From sequence record PV400809.1: DNA of 64,000 nt; one strand, 5' to 3'. The first letter of the stretch is position 1. Each line of letters opens with the position of its first letter. The position numbers were made by a program, and so were the translations under genes. The notes under the pieces were generated by a model. It made no database searches, was not told where the DNA came from, and saw only the letters and a list, made by a program, of their open reading frames with translations. Positions 39,270-48,339 of this stretch are shown here, piece by piece.

Positions 39270-41075
39270 ATGGTCGAGAATACTTCACCCATTGTCGCTA
39301 AAGTCTGCAAACACAGTAATTACTCGGTCAGCAGGTTCAACAGGGGCAGTGATTTAACGTGTGTTAAGATCACCAATATTCATGAAGATGGTGGTCGAAG
39401 TCAATCGTTTATTTCGATTAAGGATTATAAGCAACCGTACTACATTGTTAAAGAGAACAAACGGAAGTACAAACAGCATAAAGATTACATTGAGGAATCT
39501 TGGTGTCGGGAGTACAAGGCTCCCCGTGCACAGATTGCCTTTAATGTGATTAAACAGCTCTATGGGCGAGCGGATTATAAAGCCAGTCTAGCGGAAGCTA
39601 AAGAAAGTCCTTACGTCTTCGGCTTAGACCAAACCCCTCCAGTGCACATTAAACACCAGTTTTTTAAGAAGTATGGAGAACATCAGGAGAAGGAACCGTA
39701 TACCGTAGCGCCGTATGACGTTGAGACGGATATGTTCCATCCGGATAACCCCATTATGATGGCATCGGTTACCATGAAGCGTAAGGCGTATTTTGCAGCC
39801 GTACGGAGTTGGTTTAAAGAACCGGATGACGCCACGATCCTTAAGCACCTTAAAGACGCCGAAGACAAGTGGTTGAGTGAACACCTTAAACGGCGTCAGT
39901 GTGTGGTTCAATACGAACTCTTTGATACCCCAGGCCAAGTGGTGGTGGCGTGCATTAACAAGATGCACGAATGGCAACCGGACTGGGTTGCCAGTTGGCA
40001 TGCGGAATACGACATGACCAAGAATGAGGAAGCCCTTAGGAATGAAGGGTATCGATTGGAGGATGTGTACAGCGATCCCAGTATTCCTAAGGAATTTCGG
40101 TATTACAAGCTGGACTTAGGGAGAACCCACAAAGTCAAGGAAGACGGTTCTAAAATGCCGTTGGAACCTCAAGAGAAATGGCCTACCGTGCGAACTATGG
40201 CCACTTGGCAATGGTTAGACGCGATGTCGTTCTTCTGTATTAAGCGTCAACCGTCTGAAGGTAAACTTCCCGATGTTTCGTTAGAAGGGGCGGCGAAGCA
40301 TGTGAATGTGCCGGGTAAACTGTATACCGAAGAAGGCGCTCATATCCGACCGGGTACACCTCAGTGGCACCGTTACATGCAAAAGGAATGGCCTTATCTG
40401 TACTGCATGTACAACATTGCAGATAATTTCGTTATTGAAGAGATCAATGAGAAGACCAATGACTTGTCATTGTCACTTCCTATGTTGTTGAAGTATTCGG
40501 AGTATTTTAACTACGTCTCTCAACCCAAGTTGGTCAGTGATACCTTGAGTTTCTTTGCACGCCGGTATGGGTTTGTGTGGGGGAGTACCCCTCGTGAACG
40601 TGATCAATCCATTATTGATAAGCTACCTCCGTTGTCAAACTGGATTGCGTTACTCGATACCGAGAAGAATGCGGATGTCGGCGCTCAGCTCTTCCATGGA
40701 CTCGCTGATGTGTATAGTACCGGGCGTACAGATTCATCCGATATCGATGTTGAAGGTGCGTACCCTCACGCGACCTTGGCATTGAACGTCGGGAATCGTA
40801 CCACACAAATGGAAGTGTTTCGGATTCAAGGCGCTGACGGCAATAAGTTCAGACAGATTGGGGTGAACTTTGCGAGCAGTGCAGAAGCGAACGCCATTGG
40901 ATTATGCCATGATTTGTTTAGATTCCCTCAGTTAGATCAATTGAAGGATGAGTTTGAGCGGTTAATGGTGGAAACAGGCCAAGAGGAACTGCTAAAGGAA
41001 ATGCAAGCGAACGCTCGTAACCGTAAATCTCGTATTAACATCGATACGGAAGAACCTGTGCGAGACACCGCATAA
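39270..41075 (+). CDS. split family-B DNA polymerase, 3'-5' exonuclease-containing subunit (phiKZ gp82-like, 601 aa)
   Basis: ExoI YDVET, ExoII WHAEYD, ExoIII YNIAD, Pol motif A-like DIDVEGAYP. Confidence 0.85.
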   Translation: MVENTSPIVAKVCKHSNYSVSRFNRGSDLTCVKITNIHEDGGRSQSFISIKDYKQPYYIVKENKRKYKQHKDYIEESWCREYKAPRAQIAFNVIKQLYGRADYKASLAEAKESPYVFGLDQTPPVHIKHQFFKKYGEHQEKEPYTVAPYDVETDMFHPDNPIMMASVTMKRKAYFAAVRSWFKEPDDATILKHLKDAEDKWLSEHLKRRQCVVQYELFDTPGQVVVACINKMHEWQPDWVASWHAEYDMTKNEEALRNEGYRLEDVYSDPSIPKEFRYYKLDLGRTHKVKEDGSKMPLEPQEKWPTVRTMATWQWLDAMSFFCIKRQPSEGKLPDVSLEGAAKHVNVPGKLYTEEGAHIRPGTPQWHRYMQKEWPYLYCMYNIADNFVIEEINEKTNDLSLSLPMLLKYSEYFNYVSQPKLVSDTLSFFARRYGFVWGSTPRERDQSIIDKLPPLSNWIALLDTEKNADVGAQLFHGLADVYSTGRTDSSDIDVEGAYPHATLALNVGNRTTQMEVFRIQGADGNKFRQIGVNFASSAEANAIGLCHDLFRFPQLDQLKDEFERLMVETGQEELLKEMQANARNRKSRINIDTEEPVRDTA

Positions 41076-41079
41076 TAGA

Positions 41080-41121
41080 CCTTACTACCCCTCTCCCTTC
41101 ACGGGGAGAGGGGTAGTAAGG
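41080..41121. terminator. 18-bp bidirectional hairpin
   Basis: CCTTACTACCCCTCTCCC-ttcacg-GGGAGAGGGGTAGTAAGG between convergent genes. Confidence 0.85.
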
Positions 41122-41131
41122 GTTACCAGGG

Positions 41132-42208
41132 TTACAGCCCGAAGACACCATTAAAGGCTTTCTGGAGCTTTACACTGTCTTCAATGATGTTAGTAATGCA
41201 TTTACCACATTTAACCAGGAAGTTCATGATCTTGCGGAGTTCATCCAACGCTGCTTGAGTCGCTTTGGTATCACCTCCACCTTTAGCCACCTCAGCCAAT
41301 TGCTGTTCGACGGTCTTAATCATGTCAGCCATTTTGCTGCGAACACTCTGTACAGCCTGAGCAGCATTCTTAAAGGTATCGATCTCTTTAATAACACCGT
41401 TCATGACGTTGTGAACAGCCGTCAGGTCTTTGACGTCTTTCACTCGACTCAGCTGCTCGGTAGACTGATAGACATTGGTGCGGAGGAGTTTCATGGAGTC
41501 CGTTACCCGCATCAGGTTTTCATTCAGGGTTTCCCGGGCTTCTTTATCGGCGACATCAATCACACTGACCAAATATTGCTGGGTTTTGATCATCCGCTCA
41601 ATGACACCTTGGAGGCGTTTCTTACCCCGAGTGTTGACCTTGGGAAGCTCTCGAGCCAGGGTCTTAACCGCGGCTTTCTTCTCTTCATGGGTAGCAGAGG
41701 TCTTCGCCTGTTTCTCCACCCATTCTTCTGCGTCTACCCCGTCGATCTTAAAGCCAGATTGGGCCTGTTCCTTAACCTGGGCCTTCATGGAGTGCAGGGC
41801 TTCCTGGGTTTCCGCTTCCGTCTTACCCCCGGTCTGAACCACCTCCAGTTTTGTCTGGAGATCATCAATCTCCTTCTTAGCATCCGAGGTCTTCTGAGAG
41901 ACATCACGCTTAAAGAAGAAGTCCCAGAGGCTCTTGAACATCTTCACCACGTACTCATACGCGGCTTTAAGGCCTGCGCCGATATTGGCCATAAAGCCTT
42001 CGTTACCGGTCACCGAGTAACCGGGTCGGTTCGCGACGAGTGCGCCTACCAGGTACTGTTGGGAGGCGGTCAGACTTTCCGTACCTGCAACACCCCGATC
42101 CACTTGATCCAGGGTATCGTTAAGCGCATCATACACAATCCCGATGTGAGGGAGATCCGGGATTTCATAACCGTTACCGTCTTCTTCGGTAAGTACAACA
42201 CTGTCCAT
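41132..42208 (-). CDS. internal head protein paralog (~358 aa)
   Basis: GTE and GNE-GFMANIGAGLKAAYEYVVKMFKSLWDFF signature; AAGGA SD suits ATG 42208. Confidence 0.8.
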   Translation of the reverse strand: MDSVVLTEEDGNGYEIPDLPHIGIVYDALNDTLDQVDRGVAGTESLTASQQYLVGALVANRPGYSVTGNEGFMANIGAGLKAAYEYVVKMFKSLWDFFFKRDVSQKTSDAKKEIDDLQTKLEVVQTGGKTEAETQEALHSMKAQVKEQAQSGFKIDGVDAEEWVEKQAKTSATHEEKKAAVKTLARELPKVNTRGKKRLQGVIERMIKTQQYLVSVIDVADKEARETLNENLMRVTDSMKLLRTNVYQSTEQLSRVKDVKDLTAVHNVMNGVIKEIDTFKNAAQAVQSVRSKMADMIKTVEQQLAEVAKGGGDTKATQAALDELRKIMNFLVKCGKCITNIIEDSVKLQKAFNGVFGL

Positions 42209-42243
42209 TGGAAGCATTCCTTGGATAAAGAGTCTAAGGGAAA

Positions 42244-42852
42244 TTAAACGTTTTGCAGCTTATTAAAGTACTGGGTGACGTTCTCTTTGCCCTTACGAGG
42301 AAGATCGCGGATAGCCGTTCCCAGATCAATGATGCGGTTAAGACGATGACGAGCTTCCCAGTTACCCGCGATGAACGTCAGGAAGGTCATGTAGGTGTGA
42401 TAGAGTTTAACGTTCTCCATCGGGTACTCCTTACGGAGTTTGTAGGTAAAGCGGAATGCTGTACCGTTGGCAAAGATTTCCCGGTTCTCCCGGATAACCG
42501 CCAACAGGTAGTCAGTAACGATGACGTACTGGGGAAACGGAAGGGTCAGCGTAGAACCAATGATCTCGATAAAGGAGGTTTGTTCATCCTCCCGTTCACT
42601 ATCACTGGTGAAACCTTTCTTACCGGCCAGGTAGGTCAGGTGACGGTCAATCCGTTCTTTCATGATATCCGTGACCGCAGTACCTTTACCATTGACCATT
42701 TGGCCAATGCCAATACGGAGAGGTACGGGTTCGAATTTAGCACCCTGGGCCTTAGCCACCGTATTGGGGATGGAAGGCGTAGGTTGGGTCTTCGGACTTT
42801 CTTCTTTCTTACCGAGGTCATCGACCTCAGGTGCTTTGTAATCGTTGGACAT
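42244..42852 (-). CDS. conserved virion-associated protein (phiKZ gp79-like, ~202 aa)
   Basis: synteny; start probably ATG 42852 (alternative 42912). Confidence 0.6.
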   Translation of the reverse strand: MSNDYKAPEVDDLGKKEESPKTQPTPSIPNTVAKAQGAKFEPVPLRIGIGQMVNGKGTAVTDIMKERIDRHLTYLAGKKGFTSDSEREDEQTSFIEIIGSTLTLPFPQYVIVTDYLLAVIRENREIFANGTAFRFTYKLRKEYPMENVKLYHTYMTFLTFIAGNWEARHRLNRIIDLGTAIRDLPRKGKENVTQYFNKLQNV

Positions 42853-42916
42853 TAGGAGGGCCCTTTTCAGTTGGACAGCGGTATAGAGACGAGGTGTCAC
42901 CATGTATGTCATAAGA

Positions 42917-42945
42917 TAACCTGGGGGCTCTAAGCCCCCAGGTTA
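42917..42945 (-). terminator. 13-bp hairpin followed by TATG
   Basis: TAACCTGGGGGCT-cta-AGCCCCCAGGTTA. Confidence 0.7.
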
Positions 42946-42954
42946 CCCATTCTC

Positions 42955-43503
42955 TTAACGAAGTTTAGACAATTGATCTAGTAATGCATCCATAGAAACC
43001 GACTCCGAGGCGGTTCGTTTACCCCCACTCTTCGCCTGTTTCTCTTCCTCTTCCTTCAGATGTTCTTTCTCCATTACCAACCGTTTTTCCCGTCCCTTTT
43101 GAACGGCCTTAATCAACGTGTCTGCACAGTTAGCGGGCAATTCCAAGTAATCCTTTAAGGGCAGGTATTCATCCAGCCGAAAAGTCCCGTAATACTCTCC
43201 TATGCTCTCATACGAGAAGGGGTGGTAATATCGGACTTCAGACGGAAAGAACTTAATCGATTGGTGAGGGGGGAGATTACGGGGTGAGACATATCCCATG
43301 TTGATGTCATGCAACGCTTGGTTGTTCAACAGGATAGTCTCTTCCTTGAGACCACTGAGATCTTGCTTCTGGAGGTTTAAGTAAACCGCCGAGAACTCCG
43401 GATTGTGAATCGCTTTACCGCCAATCAGGAGAGGGCTTCGTTGTTTACCTTTTGACGCTCCATCGCCAGATTCATCAACATCAGCTGGGAATGGATAAAA
43501 AAA
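42955..43503 (-). CDS. -1 frame extension of the 574-aa ORF (candidate T part of a G/GT-like pair, ~180 aa)
   Basis: frame is open from TAA at 43539-43537 to the stop at 42955; no ATG/GTG/TTG in the 58 codons after the slippery site; YLPLKDYLELP motif. Confidence 0.65.
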   Translation of the reverse strand, partial: FFYPFPADVDESGDGASKGKQRSPLLIGGKAIHNPEFSAVYLNLQKQDLSGLKEETILLNNQALHDINMGYVSPRNLPPHQSIKFFPSEVRYYHPFSYESIGEYYGTFRLDEYLPLKDYLELPANCADTLIKAVQKGREKRLVMEKEHLKEEEEKQAKSGGKRTASESVSMDALLDQLSKLR

Positions 43504-45149
43504 CTCATAAAGGCATCGATCGGGGTATACCCGAGTTTACGATCTTCTTGGTGAGCATCCGACTCCGTACCGCACTTCGGACACACGAAGTTACGGACAC
43601 CAATAAAGGTCCGGGTCAGATAAGGCGCCTTATTGTAGACGAACAACACCAAGTTCTTATTCATCACCTCATCGGTCAGCAGGGAGTCCATAAGGCCTTT
43701 ATTGAACTCGTTAGGGTCTTCCTTGGCTCGTTTAATGACCTGGGGTTCACTGTCTTCGCCCGGAGGTGGCATAATAGCGAACTCTTCCACCCAGTGCATG
43801 TACTCCGCTCCACTCAAGCTGTTAAGCAGAAGGAGACGTTGCTCTTCCAGGTCTTGTTCCGTGTTGACCTTGTTGCTAATATCCGCCAACTGCTTATCCA
43901 CCCGCCCTACGAAATAGTCGAAGGTAGCGAAGGCATCCGACAGACTGGGAGGTCCTACTTTCAGACGAATGGACTGATCCTCGTTGTACACGTACCGATT
44001 GTCCATCCCGTAGGTGGACTGTTCGATCATCTTGAGGATTTCATCAACGGTGTGTTGTTCACGCCCACTGAAGATATTACCAAAGAAAGCGGCTTCTTCA
44101 TCGGTTTCAATCGACGGACGGCGCTGCACCAACTTAGTCGGATCGATGAGATCGAACTGATACCAGTCACAGCTGGGGTTCATGCAGCGGAGGTCCATTT
44201 GGACGCCGTCATCCGTAATCGACGCCAAGAGACCTGCACAGATCACCGGCATGTCCGTAATACGGATCACCTTGCTGAGGTCATCGAAATCCGCCAGGCC
44301 TTTGACACTGCTGCTGACCAAACGGGGCTTCAACCAATCCCAGATCTCAATATACCCCGCAATGTAAGACAACGCCATGGCGTTCCCACCGACCCGCCGT
44401 ACATACCCCCGAATACGGCGGTTAATGTTGTTGATGAGATCAGCGACTTCCAGTTTCTGAGGACGTTCCCACGTAATACTCAGGAACGAATTACGCAGCA
44501 GTTGGTTATACTGGTATACACCCCCCGACGAACGAATGGTCGAGCGAATCATGCGATCTGCAATACTCAACCCTTTCTTATTCACTGACGGGGTCTTACC
44601 CACGATATCGGTCGTGGTGAGTTTATCACACCGGCGCGAGGCGTTGGTAATATTCTCTTCCCGCACCATGCGGGTACGAAGTTGGAGGTTCTCCTGAAGA
44701 CTGTTCATGAACTTGAACAGATCACTAGCGGTCTTCTCCAACTCATTGGGATTCACATCCGGGTAGTTCTCTTGAACAAAGGCATCCCAGTCTTGCTTAG
44801 CCGATGCAAAGACTGTTGGGGAAACCTCCCCTACCTTATTCAATTCTTTGAACGTGTTCCATGCACTCCAGTTGGTAATCAGTTCAGCCGCTTTCTCATT
44901 CTCTTCTTTACCAACCCCCAGGAAGATACTGGTGAACCCCTTAGCTCGATCGTCTTCAACCAGTTCTTTGGTAATGGGGTTGAGCGGCTCCACCACCTCC
45001 TTCATGGGTGTATTCTGAGGCGTGTGGGTATCCATGAAGCCAAAGTGGCTGGAAGGCTCCGTTTTGGGAATCGTTTGTTCAACGGCTTTGCTCAACTCCG
45101 AAGGGGGAGTCAGTTCAGGGTTTTCGTTCGGGGTTACATTCTCAGACAT
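43425..45149 (-). CDS. conserved protein (phiKZ gp77-like, 574 aa) with two Cys pairs; candidate tail/baseplate-hub assembly chaperone
   Basis: CMNPSC and CPKC motifs; AGT TTT TTT slippery site near the 3' end; synteny. Confidence 0.7.
   Translation of the reverse strand: MSENVTPNENPELTPPSELSKAVEQTIPKTEPSSHFGFMDTHTPQNTPMKEVVEPLNPITKELVEDDRAKGFTSIFLGVGKEENEKAAELITNWSAWNTFKELNKVGEVSPTVFASAKQDWDAFVQENYPDVNPNELEKTASDLFKFMNSLQENLQLRTRMVREENITNASRRCDKLTTTDIVGKTPSVNKKGLSIADRMIRSTIRSSGGVYQYNQLLRNSFLSITWERPQKLEVADLINNINRRIRGYVRRVGGNAMALSYIAGYIEIWDWLKPRLVSSSVKGLADFDDLSKVIRITDMPVICAGLLASITDDGVQMDLRCMNPSCDWYQFDLIDPTKLVQRRPSIETDEEAAFFGNIFSGREQHTVDEILKMIEQSTYGMDNRYVYNEDQSIRLKVGPPSLSDAFATFDYFVGRVDKQLADISNKVNTEQDLEEQRLLLLNSLSGAEYMHWVEEFAIMPPPGEDSEPQVIKRAKEDPNEFNKGLMDSLLTDEVMNKNLVLFVYNKAPYLTRTFIGVRNFVCPKCGTESDAHQEDRKLGYTPIDAFMSFFIHSQLMLMNLAMERQKVNNEALS
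43497..43503 (-). other. candidate -1 programmed frameshift heptamer T TTT TTT
   Basis: seven A on the plus strand; phasing X XXY YYZ in the 574-aa frame; -1 frame continuous with the downstream ORF. Confidence 0.7.
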
Positions 45150-45161
45150 ACAAACAGTCCC

Positions 45162-46031
45162 TTACTGGGGGTTAATGACAGGATCGTTGGAAATAGCGAT
45201 GAATTCACCGACCTCTTCCTTCTCAGGGAAGGGGAGGTTATCACCCGGGATCTCTTCAGGGGAATCTGGGAGTTCCTGCTCCAGGGTGTGCAATTCGTTA
45301 AAGACGTCATTCAGCCGGCTCTCACCGTACAGCTGTTGGATAACCGTAATACGTTCACTGTGAAGTTGACACATGTAATCGTAGACAGACAGGCCTTCAG
45401 GTTTGTGTTCAACGGCATAGGCTTCGATCAGATCGCCCTGTTGGGTAATGATAGCCAGAACCGGTTCCCCAAACTCCTCACTGAGGGCTGCCATGACATC
45501 AGCCAGGTTAAGGACGACTTCAAAGTAATCCTCGGGTTGTTGACCCGCTTCATGCAGGGTCGTGACGACTGAGACATCTTCCGCAAACTCCACCACTTTG
45601 CGTTCGTAGTTCTCCAGTAAGGTACGGTCGTCCTCACTGATATCGAAGCGGTGTTCTTCAACCAGACGGTTGTACACGATCACCCCACTGTGGAGCTTAA
45701 TGGTGACGGTAATCATGTCGTTGATGGCATTGAGGAGTTCTTCCCCACTGAAGAGCTGGGGGATGTCCTCATCACCCGTCAGCTTCATCTGTTCAGCCAG
45801 CTCAGCCAGACGTTGACGGTTATTAATAAGGTCACGCACCGAGAAGGCTTTGTTTTCACCCCTGACCTTATCGTACAAGGCATCTTTACTCAGGACCTCC
45901 CCCTGGTAGCCTTTACCAAAGTCCTGTCGGAGGTAAGCGTCCTGGATGTTCTTAGCCCGTTGTTTTTGTTTACTCACTTGCTTGCGCTTATTGAGTTTCT
46001 TAACCCGACGCTGTTGCTGTTTAGTCGACAT
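45162..46031 (-). CDS. hypothetical protein (289 aa), basic N-terminus and acidic body
   Basis: AGGGA SD, ATG start. Confidence 0.75.
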   Translation of the reverse strand: MSTKQQQRRVKKLNKRKQVSKQKQRAKNIQDAYLRQDFGKGYQGEVLSKDALYDKVRGENKAFSVRDLINNRQRLAELAEQMKLTGDEDIPQLFSGEELLNAINDMITVTIKLHSGVIVYNRLVEEHRFDISEDDRTLLENYERKVVEFAEDVSVVTTLHEAGQQPEDYFEVVLNLADVMAALSEEFGEPVLAIITQQGDLIEAYAVEHKPEGLSVYDYMCQLHSERITVIQQLYGESRLNDVFNELHTLEQELPDSPEEIPGDNLPFPEKEEVGEFIAISNDPVINPQ

Positions 46032-46076
46032 ATGCTATGATTCCCTTTGGAAACGCACTTTACGAGAGTTAACCCA

Positions 46077-46976
46077 ATGATTATTGAGCATGAAGAATCT
46101 GTTACCCTGGAAGAGGGCGTGTACCTGGCTGACACCCTGGTAGGGGGTCTCTGGTCAGAACTCCGGAACACCATACCCGCCAATCAGGCTAAAGAATTGG
46201 ACGAATCGTTTAATTTAATTATGCTCAGTCAACCTGAGTCCTTGATGCCCAGTCAACTGACTGATCTGTTGATTAATGAAGCTTTGGATATCCCGACTAA
46301 GAAGCATCAGGTGTATTTGATCCTAACGACCAATATAATCGATGTGCTGGAACAGCTAGGGTTCGTTTTCAATCACGATTTCCTGGGTGAAGACAACCTC
46401 CCTGCTTTAACTCGGTTGTTGTCGTTCTTTATGGAGTTGCAGGAGTACGAAGACCTGATTGGTCTTAAACACGTCTTGGAGGCGTATGACATCCCCCCTG
46501 TGAACCGACTGTTCCTGGTGATGCAACTCTACCTGGGTGAAGACCTCGATCTGTCAGAGTACGAAACCTTTATTGAGGATGTTTCAGAAGTCACCCTTAA
46601 AGCCATTAAGGACGCTCTCTTTAACCCCGAGGAGATTGAGAACGTTCCTACCCCTATTGAACAGCGTATTCGGGCGAATGCAACCCTTATTGAAGGAACT
46701 CTGGCTTTTGAGCACGTTAAGAAGAACGGGCAACTGGGAGGGAGTGTAAAGAGCTTCCTGAGCTTCTACAGACGTAACCTGGAGGTTCTCCTGGCCCAAC
46801 AAACGGAAGACAGCACCCTTCAGTATGCCAAGGAGGTCATTGGGTTCTTCCTGGTGTCTGAAATCAATAACGAATGGCTTAAGGATAAGATGACCCAATA
46901 CCTCTATTCGGTCATTGAAGACCCTCTGACGTTGACCCGTATTGAAGACCTTATTCAGCGAGTGGAACTCCCATGA
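46077..46976 (+). CDS. hypothetical, probably virion-associated protein (299 aa) upstream of vRNAP subunit
   Basis: ATG 46077; ATGA-coupled to vRNAP beta'; TATG motifs at 46031 and 46036. Confidence 0.7.
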   Translation: MIIEHEESVTLEEGVYLADTLVGGLWSELRNTIPANQAKELDESFNLIMLSQPESLMPSQLTDLLINEALDIPTKKHQVYLILTTNIIDVLEQLGFVFNHDFLGEDNLPALTRLLSFFMELQEYEDLIGLKHVLEAYDIPPVNRLFLVMQLYLGEDLDLSEYETFIEDVSEVTLKAIKDALFNPEEIENVPTPIEQRIRANATLIEGTLAFEHVKKNGQLGGSVKSFLSFYRRNLEVLLAQQTEDSTLQYAKEVIGFFLVSEINNEWLKDKMTQYLYSVIEDPLTLTRIEDLIQRVELP

Positions 46977-48274
46977 CTAAACTCGACTACCTTAAACTCT
47001 TTCTGAATAACCGAGCCTATAACGAAAAGGCGGCTATTCAATCGATTATTACAATTCAGTTTGAAGACGAAGACTCCTCTGGACAGTTCAAGAAATACCC
47101 CTATGCTGTCTTTGTGGAAAATAATCGGTTCAATGTCGTAGTAGAGGGTTCTACTCATACCGTGAATGGGGAGGTGAATGAACCCCTGTTCTACATGGAT
47201 GAAATCCTGGAACTCCCGGGAGACTTCCATCCCGTGTTGCAAGGTAAAGCGGTCACGACTACCTTTGGACTCTTACTCTTCAACGTTATCCTCTTCTGGG
47301 AATGCTTTGGGAAGACCCAACCCTACCTTAACCAGGAGTTCACCAAACCGGTTATCTTGAAGATCTTGGAAACTCTCATGGTGGATAATCCACCACCAGG
47401 GGAAGCGGTACCTGAAGGGAAAGCCAGTGTAGACCAGTGTTTGAAGTTCTCCCATAACTGCCAGTTCCTGGAAGGGTTGGGGTCTCACTTCATTAAACCG
47501 GGTGGCGTAGATGCCCTAACGGTGAGTCCTGAGGTCATTAAACTCAGGGATCGTCTCTTTAAAGAGCATAAAGACGAACTCAATGATCCGGTTGTTGCCA
47601 CCTCGATTATTGATCAGTGTGTGGCGCTGGACATGAAGATCGTGATGTCTGGTCCTAGTCGTAAGTTCTTTATTGCAAAGAAGTTTATCGACAACTCGCG
47701 TAAACGGATGTTCATTTCCTTCGGTATTGAACCCAATGCCTCAGGAGACGGCTGGGTACTACTCCCTAACTCCCTGGCAGAGGGTTGGGATCCGAACTTC
47801 TTGGCGGACTACATTAATACGGCCGTAGAGGGCTCTTACAGCCGTTCTATGTCCACCGGTGAAGGTGGGGCTAGGGTTAAGGAAACGTTGCGTCTAATAG
47901 GCCGTACGGCCGTTAGCGAGGATATCGTGGATTGCGGTACTCCGGTGACCGAAACCGTTACGATCCTACCAACCAATAAAGGATACTGGGTAGGATCGTG
48001 GATCCAGGATGGGAAAGTCCTGATACAGCTCACCGCTGAAAACCTGGATCGTTACGTTAATAAGCCCGTACAAGCCAGAGTCCCTCAGTTCTGTACCCTA
48101 AAGGACGGTTACTATTGTAAGACCTGTTGTGGGGAAGGTCTAGGAGCCTTAGGGCATCGTCTCAGCTCTGAGGTGGTCTTGATTCCTACTCGCTTCATGC
48201 TAGCTCGTATGAAGGCCCATCACACTGCAGGGAGTAAAACGAACCTGCTGGATTTGGAAGTAGCGCTTAAATAA
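46973..48274 (+). CDS. virion RNA polymerase beta' subunit, C-terminal half (phiKZ gp80-like, 433 aa)
   Basis: STGEGGARVKE, DCGT and CTLKDGYYCKTCCG zinc motifs of beta' C-terminal regions. Confidence 0.85.
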   Translation: MTKLDYLKLFLNNRAYNEKAAIQSIITIQFEDEDSSGQFKKYPYAVFVENNRFNVVVEGSTHTVNGEVNEPLFYMDEILELPGDFHPVLQGKAVTTTFGLLLFNVILFWECFGKTQPYLNQEFTKPVILKILETLMVDNPPPGEAVPEGKASVDQCLKFSHNCQFLEGLGSHFIKPGGVDALTVSPEVIKLRDRLFKEHKDELNDPVVATSIIDQCVALDMKIVMSGPSRKFFIAKKFIDNSRKRMFISFGIEPNASGDGWVLLPNSLAEGWDPNFLADYINTAVEGSYSRSMSTGEGGARVKETLRLIGRTAVSEDIVDCGTPVTETVTILPTNKGYWVGSWIQDGKVLIQLTAENLDRYVNKPVQARVPQFCTLKDGYYCKTCCGEGLGALGHRLSSEVVLIPTRFMLARMKAHHTAGSKTNLLDLEVALK

Positions 48275-48294
48275 ACCGAAAATAACACCCTAAA

Positions 48295-48326
48295 CCCCTT
48301 CCTCTCCGATTAGGGAGAGGAAGGGG
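48295..48326. terminator. 13-bp bidirectional hairpin
   Basis: CCCCTTCCTCTCC-gattag-GGAGAGGAAGGGG between convergent vRNAP and HNH genes. Confidence 0.8.
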
Positions 48327-48339
48327 GGGGGTATTTCGG

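Noticed and set aside
42955-43329. Track ORF of 124 aa starting at TTG as an independent gene
   Set aside because: SD is poorly spaced and the frame is open 58 codons further upstream to the slippery site; treated as a frameshift extension, though an independent start is not excluded.
48323-48330. G8 homopolymer as a phase-variable tract
   Set aside because: Non-coding and part of a terminator arm, so length change would not alter a reading frame.
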